Shown here: positions 36,772 to 36,861 of the stretch, in pieces
Numbering within the stretch: position 1 is the first letter of the stretch
Layout: every line of letters begins with the position of its first letter
Source of the DNA: Guillardia theta CCMP2712
Taxonomy: Eukaryota; Protista; Cryptophyta
NCBI RefSeq assembly: GCF_000315625.1
Contig: NW_005434597.1
Coordinates: forward strand, 390,641-427,501
Length of the DNA: 36,861 nucleotides
Direction: 5' to 3'
Notes under the pieces: model-generated
What the model saw: the letters and a program-made list of their open reading frames with translations, nothing else
Databases searched by the model: none
What the model was told of the DNA's origin: nothing
Translations under genes and position numbers: made by a program

Positions 36772-36861
36772 AGGCCGCCCCTTCCCGAGGCAGGCCGCCC
36801 CTTCCCGAGGCAGGCCGCCCCTTCCCGAGGCAGGCCGCCCCTTCCCGAGGCAGGCCGCCCC
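36772..36861 (+). repeat. 20-bp GC-rich tandem repeat AGGCCGCCCCTTCCCGAGGC (>=4.5 perfect copies, runs off window)
   Basis: Direct reading. Confidence 0.97.

Noticed and set aside
36772-36861. CRISPR array
   Set aside because: Head-to-tail identical 20-mers with no spacers; eukaryotic context and no cas genes.

Overview
Eukaryotic, intron-dense (mostly ~45-55 nt GT-AG introns) subtelomeric window. It most likely comes from an alga with a complex (secondary) plastid. Short introns, signal peptide+AF presequences, an RWP-RK gene and TTTAGGG telomere repeats suggest a cryptophyte such as Guillardia (inference). About 13 host genes lie in the first 33 kb: ankyrin protein, ICT1/ArfB GGQ hydrolase, F-box-like protein, RWP-RK factor, plastid TraB-like protein, Sua5, a 63-aa tandem-repeat protein, TTLL ligase, patatin, a beta-barrel-like protein, DnaJ, MORN protein and a bacterial-type UDP-galactopyranose mutase fused to a GT90-like domain. 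A 1.1-kb TIR-bounded non-autonomous DNA transposon is also present. The last 3.4 kb are the most unusual part. A ~2.8-kb element with one intronless ~720-aa ORF (no RT motif visible), a GC-rich 3' region, AATAAA and a (CTA)6 tail sits between TTTAGGG arrays. It is preceded by two diverged, telomere-capped fragments of the same ORF and followed by a 20-bp satellite. This is a candidate telomere-targeted retroelement family. Multi-exon gene boundaries are approximate, read by eye.
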